Assembly: GCF_964188315.1 (NCBI RefSeq)
Contig: NC_135656.1
Span: forward strand, 92,566,001-92,630,000
DNA length: 64,000 nucleotides
Source: Podarcis muralis
Lineage: Eukaryota
Reading direction: 5' to 3'
Shown: one piece after another, positions 13,256-23,335 of the stretch
Layout: each line of letters starts with the position of its first letter
Numbering within the stretch: the stretch's first letter is position 1
The notes under the pieces: generated by a model
Databases searched by the model: none
What the model saw: only the letters and a program-made list of their open reading frames with translations
What the model was told of the DNA's origin: nothing
Translations under genes and position numbers: made by a program

Positions 13256-13540
13256 ACGTGGTTACAAAGCACGGATCCACATGGATCCTCAGGATTTTTG
13301 CACTGGGTCACCCCAGGTTCACCATCAGATCACATAAAATGTCCATGGCTACAGCCTGCACCAAAAAAATCACACACCCACTGTTTCATGGGGCTGCAAT
13401 GGCGCAAAAACGTGGTTACAAAGCATGGATCCACATGGATCCACAGGATTTTTGCATTGGGCTACCCCAAACTCACCGTCAGATCACGTTTGTGGCCACA
13501 GCATGAACCACAAAAATCATACATCCACTGTTTTGTTTAG
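13256..13540. repeat. About 154-bp two-copy tandem duplication inside the Tc2-like element
   Basis: acgtggttacaaagca(c/t)ggatccacatggatcc occurs at 13256 and 13410, with homology continuing downstream of each. Confidence 0.85.
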
Positions 13541-15034
13541 AATATTTTTTTCTTGCTTTCCTCCTCTAAAAACTACGTGCGTGTTATGGTCAGGTGCGTG
13601 TTATAGAGCGAAAAATACGGTATTTGGCAGCTGGGCCAAGATTGGTGTAATCTGCTCAAACCGCCTTGCCCTGGTGAGCAACTTGGCCAATCAATTCTGC
13701 GTCAACTGAAGTTTCTGAACTTTCTTCAGCCCTACATCTAACATGTTGCAGAAATCTAACCTAGAGGCTACCAGAGCACACACAACAGAATATAGGCTAT
13801 CCCTGTCCAGATAGGGGCACAGCTGGGTCACCAGCTGAAGCCAGTAGAAGGCACTCCACGCCACTGAGGCCACCTGAATCTTGAGAGACAACAATGGATC
13901 CAGAGGTATCCCTAAGCTACGTACCCACTCCTTCAGAGGGAGTGTAACTCCATCAAGAGCAGACAACACCCAATCCATAAAGATAAAGTGTAGAATGAAA
14001 CGTTGGAGATTATTTGAGCCCTTCACCCCACCCCAGAATGAATTTTCTGTAGGGAAGCAGCCTACTTCCTTAGTTCCATGAGCAAGAAGATATTGTAGGC
14101 ATCTCAATTAGATTAGCTAATAAAATTGCAATTCTTCAGCCTCATGCTCTAATAGCCCTTTCTATCAAAGCCAAGATGCCAACTCATAACTTGAAAGGTG
14201 CTCAGACTTTTTCTTCTAACACAGATATTCCCAACAACATCCTATTACTCCTTTCCTTGGCTGGCGGAATCAAAACTAGGCTTTGATAGTATTTCCCTAG
14301 TGGCTACAATGCTTTTAACTTTCACTTTTTATTAAAAATATCTACATCAGACACAAGATTCCCCTGCTGTCCATCAGACTGCAATGCAGCAGTGCTGACT
14401 GGAGTCTAAATAAAGACTGAACACTTCAGCAAACATTATTAAAACAGTTCCATAGGAGCCAAGGTGCTGAGCAGAAATGGAAAACACCCAAGTAAAGGTC
14501 AGAACTGGTGACTGAAGGGGAGCGTTGAAAAAGGTGCTTTATGAGAAAGGTATTACAACAATCGCTGCTGCTGCTGCTACAGTTTTTGGGTGAAAAACGA
14601 GGATTACATCCCAGTTGTGCTAGCTAACAGCGTTCATAAAAAGATACATAATATGGCTGGCTCTCAAGAGTAAAGCAAACTGATAGGGTAACACTGCAGA
14701 GTTTGACAAGTGAAAACCCACATTCTTGCAAAGAGTGAAACATCAGGGTATTCTTAATATGTGTGATAAACCATTTTCAGGTTGTTGTTTTTAAGGAAAG
14801 AGAATAAATGTGTAAGCATGGGAATGTTGTAATACAACGTGAGCACATGGTGCACTAGCTGAACTGGCTGTAATATGTTTCTGGCTCCAATTCAATAGTC
14901 TGGGTCCTTGCACAACCTGAGACCCTCATACCTGCAACTCCCAACATTATCCACCATTGGCAATGCTTTTGAAACATATTGTTGGCTGCTGCCGCCGCCT
15001 TAAATTCTGTCTCTCTCCATGTGAGCCTACTCAC

Positions 15035-15078
15035 AAACTGATTAGGTCTTATTGCCTACGGTTTCTTTATGGAACTAT
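15035..15078 (-). CDS. Candidate 44-nt cassette exon carrying a stop codon (phase 1: DSSIKKP-stop; TAG at 15056-15058)
   Basis: Minus strand: ttccctctctatgggcttctttctcacttacag|ATAGTTCCATAAAGAAACCGTAGGCAATAAGACCTAATCAGTTT|gtgagta. Strong acceptor and donor. Gene not recognised. Confidence 0.5.
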
Positions 15079-15795
15079 CTGTAAGTGAGAAAGAAGCCCA
15101 TAGAGAGGGAACTGCAGAAATGAAACCTCAAACTGGGTTAAAATGATGCAACTGAAAACCTTGTGCAATCAAGATTTTAATGGAAAGAATACTGACAGGA
15201 TAATCTTTATTTATCTAATCAACTAAACAAAACTTATATGCCACTTAAATGTAAATAAATCCTCTAAGGTGTTTGCAGGGAAGGGCAATGTTGTGCAGGA
15301 TCTTTTCTTGACTCATAACGTCAAATCAGAGGTGGGGAAACTCAGTTTCAGGCATTAAATTCGGCCCTATAGACCTCACTAGCTAGATTTTCACCCAGGC
15401 TACACTTTCTCCCCAGGCCCTCTTTCAAGCCACCTCCCTTCCTCCCCCTGCTCCATGTCCTCAAGTAGGCTGAACTGTGGTAATACACCTGCATGCCTCC
15501 CTGGCGATCTGGAGTTTTCCAACTGGAACGTAGGTCATAATTTGATCTTGCACCCATTGTCCCACCCATTTTTTGCTCCTAGCCCCACCTACTATTGGCA
15601 CGCAGCCACCAGACGCATATTCACCAGGGAACATGGCCACCAGGCTGAAAAGACTCTCTCTACCCTTGCTTCAAATGGACTGTCCTCAAAATATATTTTT
15701 CTAAGGTGTGTGAGGGAATTTTCACAGCCTCCAAGAGCAACAGCCCAATCTTAGACTATGAGTTGGAATTTATAGCCAAGGTAATACCATGGATA

Positions 15796-16147
15796 AAAAG
15801 GTAAAGGGACCCCTGACCATTAGGTCCAGTCGTGGCCGACTCTGGGGTTGCGGCGCTCATCTTACTTTATTGGCCAAGGGAGCTGGTGTACAGCTTCCGG
15901 GTCATGTGGCCAGCATGACTAAGCCGCTTCTGGTGAACCAGAGCAGCGCATGGAAACACCGCTTACCTTCCCGCTGGAGCGGTACCTATTTATCTATCTG
16001 CACTTTGACATGCTTTCGAACTGCTAGGTTGGCAGGAGCAGGGACCGAGCAACAGGAGCTCACCCTGTCGCGGGGATTCGAACCGCTGACCTTCTGATCG
16101 GCAAGTCTTAGGCTCTGTGGTTTAACCCACAGCGCCACCCACGTCCC
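15796..16147 (-). mobile_element. Full-length Sauria (Squam1) SINE
   Basis: Minus head gggacgtgggtggcgctgtgggttaaacc, B box ggttcgaatccc, tail ggggtccctttacctttt. 13-bp TSD aataccatggata (15783-15795, 16148-16160). Confidence 0.95.
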
Positions 16148-16741
16148 AATACCATGGATACACTATGGCTATTCCTACCTCTGCATAGGAATTCTCTGAG
16201 TCCAAGATCTGTATCCCCAGCCCGCTGACAACAGGCATGCTGCATCCAAACCATCTCCACCTTTGGCTGGTGGTGAAAATATGGGGGGGGGGGAGTGTGC
16301 CATGAGGTGGGGAAAGCAATCTTACTTTTACCTTGTTCCCCACCATTGGAGTCAATGGGAGGAGAATAACTTCTGCCAAGTTCTGCCCAGATGTAGATTC
16401 CTGCTCTATATATGGGTGTGTCCCTGCAATGAGGGGAGTTAAGAATTTCTATAGCTGTATTGGTGCAGAAATCAACCCCCCATTCCATCCATGCCCCAGT
16501 TTCATATACTTCACCACTGTGACATGGTGGAGCCTTCTAGGCAGAACAAGCTTATGATAGCATTGTGGCTTGTGTATCCTAGTAGCAGACATCTTGTTCT
16601 GCTGGTGGCATGGCAGCCTTGCCATTTCCAAGTTCCACTCGGCCAGCAGATATCAGGGCTAGGATTGCACCCTTAGTAATTCCCCTCCCCCTGCTCCACT
16701 GCAAATGTTCATCACAACAAAATGTTCACCCGGATGCTTAC

Positions 16742-16750
16742 CGTTAAGGT
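16742..16750 (-). CDS. Candidate 9-nt microexon ACCTTAACG (phase 1: [D]-L-N-)
   Basis: Minus strand: branch point ctaat, then ttttcttttttcttacag|ACCTTAACG|gtaagc. Textbook branch point, pyrimidine tract, acceptor and donor around a frame-preserving 9 nt. Confidence 0.55.
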
Positions 16751-17676
16751 CTGTAAGAAAAAAGAAAATTAGAAAGCTCTCCGGTTAACGCAAAATCCCT
16801 GCTGCTTGTTAAATAGCAATTAGCATGTTTTGTGAAGCTCTCTTGGGAACAGTGGAGGGGAAAACCTACAGATTATTATTATCAGGTCAATGCTCAGAAG
16901 CACCAAGACATATGCTGAAGAAGTCAGATGTTGTGCCACTTGTAAGTACAAACTGACCTCTGTGAGTTTGCCAAACTTTTAGTCTTGCAATGATATAGAC
17001 ATTTATTAAATGGAAAAAAAGTATTAGTGGATCAATGAAAGAAGGGCAGCATGTGTCAAAGCAAAAAAACCTCCATGACCTTTGCGGTTCTTTACTGCAG
17101 AGTTTTGAAATGTGTTTTTTTTTAAGAGAGAAAAAGCTGTGTGCAAATCTTTAGTGAACAAGCATTTCTGAAGGTATCTATGGGCAGCATTTTTTTAAAA
17201 AAATAGAAAGCCTAGAAACTACATGAGCTGTTTTTACCCTGGATCCAGCTGTACTTACAGATCTATGCTGGCTTTAAAATGCTCACAGCACAATTATCTT
17301 TCTTCTCAGAGACTAATACAAAAAAAAAAAAAAGAAATATTATATTTGTCACTAAAACTTGTACTAATTACTTATTTGTCCCTTCTTGGCAAAGATTGAG
17401 TTTTATAGCTCTTTGACTAGGGATAAAAGCTGTTTAAGTGATGTCCACTCTCAAGCCTAGTAAATGCTGGATTAAAGCTTAAGTACCTCATGCTGTGTAT
17501 GAATCATGCCACATTTTCCCATCCCAATAGCATGCTTTCAACTAGCACTGTGCTGAAAATTTATTCTGCACCTCCCCCCAACCATGCTCCCTCAATCAAT
17601 GGGAAAAGAAATTGCATTTGAAAATTATCAGAGGGGGAGAGAACACTTTGCTGATGTTCTCATGAGTGTTGTATGG

Positions 17677-18438
17677 TGTCAGGGGCTCAGGAGCAGAGGC
17701 ACAGGAAAGGGAGGAAATAGAGAGCGAGGGGGAGGAATCCGAAGGAAATGTTAGCGATGACAGCGGTCCGAGGTCTCTGAGTCTTTCCAGCGAATCGGAA
17801 GATTCACAGAAAGGGGCTCCCATGGTCAGAGCAAGGGGGTGCCTAGGGGGACACCCCAGGAAGAAGGGGCCAGAGGGGACTCAGAGAGCAGCAGTTGGAA
17901 ATCAGGACCAGCTTCCCCACCAGAGCGCAGTAGGGGGGAGGAGTCCCAGGTATCGGGATCAGGCGGCTCACCGCCAGCAGGAGGAGATGAGTCAGGATTG
18001 GCCACGCCTCCATCGGAGAGCGAGGAAACGGTCAAGAGGAAGGTTGGAGGCTGGGCGCGCGCGCCAAGTTCAAATGTACAGGAGGGCGGCGCAGTTGGCA
18101 GCCCGGATAGGGAGCCAGGTCCTAAAGCCCGCCGAAAGGAGGGAGAGGAGTCAGGGGGGTCAGCATCAGCGTCAGAAGAGTCCAGAAAGGAGGGGCCCCC
18201 GGGGGGCAGAAGGACCCAGAGGAGAAAGGAGAGACGGAAGAGGTGGAGTAAGGTTAGAGTCTTAAACTGGTGTACAGGGGGTGGAGACTCAGATGGAGCT
18301 TCGCCGGTCTAGCTTCTAAGACGTAGAGCTGCGCGCTGCGGCTTGAAAATGGAAACTGTACTTCAATAAAGACTTTTGTACATTACTACCGGCTAGCGTT
18401 GGTCCTCTGTGAGCTGGGACCTGGAGGCAGCTCTGACA
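17677..18438 (+). mobile_element. Solo LTR, 762 bp (Gypsy/ERV-type), apparently young
   Basis: TGTCAG...CTGACA termini, 5-bp TSD tatgg (17672-17676, 18439-18443), AATAAA at 18365-18370, many intact CpGs. Confidence 0.9.
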
Positions 18439-20947
18439 TATGGTTTTTGTTTTCTTTTTAAAATGTGCTTACTTTATAATTGTGGTGGCTATGGAGTCAC
18501 GAGTGTCCTTACTTTCATTCTACAATTATCTCAGCAGTGTCCTGCACTCTGCAGTCTTCCTTGGTGCCCACACTTCAACCAAAGCCTGAGGATGATAACA
18601 GTGAGATAACTCCGTCCATGGGACTTTTTCTGATCAGAAAGTCCATGCTGATGGGGAGGCTGGAGAGTGCTAGAGAAATGTTCACAGGATATAAAAAAGC
18701 ACATACATTATACTTGGCTACTGGAATAAGTTTCAGTTCAATATACGTACCGAGAGAAACATGGTGGTTTTTTTAAGCAACAATATACAACGAACACTAG
18801 TTTGCAACCACCTGGCAGATGCCTTGAGAATGAGGCAGAATGAATTTTGAGAGGGATTTTGAGAGACAGCACCACTTTCAGCTGTTCAGCATTCTCTCTC
18901 TCTTTTCACCCTTGTTATGTACTCACCCTTCACAAAAAGTCCTAGCATGGGTGTATAATAAGAATAAAAATACAATCATAGCCTTTCTAAAAGTTGTTCA
19001 GCAACAGCTTTCGCTGTGGGGACCATGCGAGTGAGACTTTGCTTTTCCAAGAATTGTAGTGAAATATACCGTCAATACCCCCCCCCCATTTGTTAATAAA
19101 TGTTACCCTCTTCCCTTTAAAAAAACCAACAACTGTCAATATCTCCCCCATTTCTCATTTATCCAATCTTAAATTCAGTTTGCATCATTTCTGTAGCAGT
19201 TCATGATTAAAAAAAAAATCTGTATGGAAGCTTGTAAGCATTTTCATCCATATTTTTCCTAATACATAATATGCTAACACCAGTGGGCGGACTGCATTAC
19301 AAAATTCAGAAAAGTCTGAATTTTGAAAGCTAACTGTCCCCTTCCCACCCCTAGTTCATGTATGGGTTCAGAAAATGTGAATTAAGCTGCAACCCAACAT
19401 TATTTTGTCGCCCATCCCTGGTCAGAGCATTCACAAATCTGCTTCCCTGTGGCAAAATCACTGAAAAGTTATCTTGTTTTGGTATGGCATTCTTTGTAAA
19501 GAAACTGATCACATTAATCATCTGAGGCTTATTGAGAACAACTTTGGCTGCTCCCCCCCCCCCCACTTCATGCCTTCCCAACCAATTATTCTCCTACCTC
19601 TTCTCTTGAGCTAATCCTGCCACATAATCAAGAAATTCCCTCCAGATCTTGCTCCCCTGCCATTCTTCATTCAGGTGATTCGTCACATAGTAAACATAGA
19701 TTCTTCCATCCAAATCTCGACAAATATTTCATCACCTGCAACCAAAATATTATGCTTTCTAGTGTCTCACTATCTCCAAGGGACCATGACTTGGAAATGT
19801 TTGATAACACCATTAAGCATCTGTATAGCACTCAAAAGTGAAACCCAACAACTCCTGTTGATATAGTGGGATGAAGTGAGGAGAATACAAATTAGCTAAC
19901 AGATTTATTTCTTGCACTGACATAATAAGCAAATATTGATGATGTTCCCTTAGTCACTACTTTGCAGCTCTTCTGGAGTTTCGTCCTTTTCGCTGCCTCT
20001 GAAAGGTGTGATTCATTCTATCATTCCTGGAGCATAAGAGATTTCGCACCACTAACATACTATGCATCGTAAAAGTAGCAATGCAAGAGGACGGAAGGTG
20101 ATGACATTTTCCTCACCTTTACCTGCTTATTTTTAACTTGCCAAGATATTATTTAAAGAACAAGATAAAAGGGAAATAGGTTCATTTTGCTTTTCAGCAA
20201 TAATATTTTGCCTTTGTATTTTTTATAACCTCTCTCCCATCACTCCATATTTTCTTTTACTCAAGAGCTCCTCTGTGCTGATAATAATGAATTGTTGGAG
20301 GGCAGTGATCGACATCAAAAGCTCAGTGGTCTTGTCTGCATACGTAATGATGTAGGTTGGCCCTGAGTGAAAACCTTTCATTAGACACAAAGTGCCCTGA
20401 GCTGAATTGAATGAGCAGATACAATAATGATGACATTAAGATTTGTATTGGGGGTGGGGAATGCTGGAAATGGACTAAATATTGGTCTGGATCAGATGAA
20501 ACTGCTTCCTCCATCCTGTCCAATGCACAGCAGGAAATGACTGCACAATTGCCCTCCCCAACACCCCTGACATCTATGTATGCCCACATAAGGGGAGGGA
20601 TATTGCCCATGTATGTAAAATCCAATCAGTATGAGCCAGCAGTTTAGAGATCTCCATACCCACCCCCCTGGAATTATCTGCAGGATGTTGGTCTATGTGC
20701 AATGGAGTTAATACACATGGATATTCCTATCTGCATGGATGTGTGGGGCATCCGTGGTGGGGGTCAATACCCCGGATAATGAATCTGGAGACAAGTATTA
20801 TGCCATACATCCCATTCATATGAGTGTTTATTGCTTTATTGAGGAATGATGTTCAAACAATAATTTCTTACCAGGCAAGACACCCACCCACCCTCCCACC
20901 CAGTGACTAATTTGTTTAAACTCCAATTGAGGTGAGACTTCTTCCAT

Positions 20948-21076
20948 ATCTGTTTTTGCCTTCTTCTTATCTGGCGATCATTCATAGCCGTGTAAGATTG
21001 TCTTTCATAAACACGGTTTAAAAAGTGAGTCCGTAGGTGACCGTGGAGGCCAATTCTGGATCCATGCGTCCTTCCT
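20948..21076 (-). mobile_element. 5'-truncated RTE-clade LINE 3' end
   Basis: Minus translation GRTHGSRIGLHGHLRTH is the RTE C-terminal motif SRIGLxxHxRxH. It is followed by an aagaagaag tail. Perfect 22-bp TSD attgaggtgagacttcttccat (20926-20947, 21077-21098). Confidence 0.8.
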
Positions 21077-22719
21077 ATTGAGGTGAGACTTCTTCCATTT
21101 CTCTTGGTTTTTGCAGTCACTGTTGGAAGGCTGTAACAATGAAGAGTTTATAAATTATTTTTCAATGCACCCTTAGAAAAGACTTGAAAATTAACCTTGT
21201 GACATACAGTGAGTAGGAACTTACCCCAAACAAGTCAGGAAAATGCCTGAAAACTGGAAATGGTGGTTATCTTCTTTGTTGCTGTTGACATTCCACCAAC
21301 CACTAAATTGACTATAGTAGGTATGTATGGCCAGCTGGACTGGTATTTAATATCCCATCCTTATTTTTTCACTCAAAACCATAAAACCATAAATATAAAC
21401 ACCAAGGGGTCAAAAGACAAACATGTTTAATTTAACTTTTTAAAAAGTAATTTCTGAGATCTATTTGCAAGGTTGCATTAGTAAATACTTGCCAAAATAC
21501 TTATTTTTTTCTCTTTTTTGTTTTAGTTTTTTCTTATCATTTTAGCATTGACTGACAGGTAAAATGGACTGTGTTATTGTTTAGGAGAATATGCAAGTGT
21601 GCTCATTGAAAGGAAGCAGCAACACATTTTCTATCCTAAATTTTATCTCCACCAGAGTGCCTCCTTTCTAAGCTCCAATGTTAATTTCAAAACATGTCTC
21701 CCTCACTTCCCCAGCTCAACAATAACAGCAATGATGGGAAATGCAAAAGGACTCTGAACATTCTCTTGCTATGACATGATTTTGTTCACTGAACTATGTG
21801 CTCTTCTTTGGATCGAGATTGCTAGACCCAGATGCCAAGCTTCAGAAAATATTTCTGCAACAGCAGCATCTGATTCCCTGGCAGACATTTCTGACAAGTG
21901 CATTGGCAGCTTTCGAATTGCCTCCAGGCTTGCCTGATGGGTTTTGTGACTGGGCAAGCATTGCTCTCCTATACGCTTTCAAACGAAAACAACATTCACT
22001 ATCTGTAGGTAACTCTGTATGGGTATCCTTGGTGATAGTGTTGATCTTGCAGGAACTTTTGTCATCATAATCCCACATATTCATGTATAGACAGTGGGAA
22101 ATCTGTTCTAAATTTATTTATTTTTTTAATCAATGTTGCATGGATTCCCTTTTAAATGGGTCCTCCAACCCTTTGGTTGGCAGCTGGCCTTGAAACCACA
22201 CAGCTTGTTTTTTCTGTGTGTTATGAGTATCTTTCTAAATATCCAGGCTTTGCACTAAATAAATCACATTTCATGTGGTATTCATATGATCAGTCTCCTA
22301 GAGAATGAAGCACTGGCAAATACATTTGCATATGAAAAGCAAGCTGTTTCCTAAGAAAAATACAATATAGGTGGAATAAAATAAACAATTAAAACAAATG
22401 TCAAGTCACCTCTTATTTTCAATGATGCATAATTAGTGGTCACTAATTTATTTTGGGGAACCATTGTATCTATTAATATGCTAGACTATTGCTTTTATTT
22501 AATTTTGGAGCAATTAAAGAACAACATGCAAAAGGATATTATACTGATAATATTACTCTATCATGTTTCACCCCACTGCATGTTGGGCATGGCAGTGAAA
22601 GTCAGCTGGACCTGACTTTCTGAAAGTATTATGTAGGGGAAGATTGAAATCATTGTGAAGAAAAATGAAATAGAGAATGCAACATTCAGTTAGCGGAAAA
22701 CAAATTAAATGAGCAGCAT

Positions 22720-23335
22720 ATGTGTTGTTGGCATCCACCTGTCTCGAGAAACCATGAAGTGAGCCTCCGGTGGTGAAATCAAACTGCTATATTAGCAGCA
22801 CCGAAGTGACGTTCCCGGGGTGCAAGGCTGGGCAATGTTTATGGGAGTTCTCTGCTGCCCAGATGACAAGACCCCTCTCTCGGCCTCACTGATGTGATCC
22901 AAAGGAAAGCAGAGCAATACGTTGGGCACCAGCTTAGCTGCAGGAGTTGCTGGAAAGAGGCTTATAAGGCAGCATCCAACCGTCTTAAGGATTCCACTCC
23001 GGATTTGTGTACGGTTTTACTCCTTAGTTTTTTCTTCTCCCAAATATTTCCTGTAACTGGAGGTTTAGGATCAGAGTTTTCCTTCTCCAAGTAGGCTACC
23101 TTCCCAGGTGGGTGAGCCCCATCTGCCCCTCACTTCCCTCTACAGCACATGCAGAAACCACTTTCCTGACCATGGGAGCCACTATTGGTCTAGTCCACTC
23201 AATCCGCCAGAGTCTGTCTTTGCATGTAGGGGAAGTCCTTAACTCACTGAGCTGCCCAGTCAAAACTGTTTCCTGGGATGTGGCTGCTGTTGCATGCCGA
23301 CAGCTTCTAGGAGTCACAGGTGAGAGTTAAGGCAT
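22720..23335 (-). mobile_element. Degraded interspersed repeat, probably an RTE-clade LINE 5' region
   Basis: GC-richer block (gttggcatcc...gcagagcaatacg...gagttttccttctcc...gctaccttcccagg) that I recall as a lacertid repeat. No TSD found. Family assignment is tentative. Confidence 0.45.

Larger units (their letters stand above)
11924..13620. mobile_element. Non-autonomous Tc1/mariner (Tc2/pogo-like, CCGTA termini) DNA transposon, 1697 bp
   Basis: TA|ccgtaattttcgctccaaaacacgcac ... gtgcgtgttatagagcgaaaaatacgg|TA. Subterminal gtgcgtgtta repeats, CpG-rich interior, no transposase ORF. Confidence 0.9.
11530..13975 (-). mobile_element. L2 LINE 3' portion split by the Tc2-like element
   Basis: ORF 13691-14107 has SLGIPLDPLLSL...SAFYWLQLVTQLCPYLD...LVASRLDFCN...KLQLTQN, the L2 RT C-terminal signature. 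L2-like sequence continues left of 11924. Confidence 0.8.

Noticed and set aside
20836-21130. Apparent 259-nt open exon with good splice sites
   Set aside because: Explained by an RTE 3' stub and its 22-bp TSD (SRIGLHGHLRTH motif).
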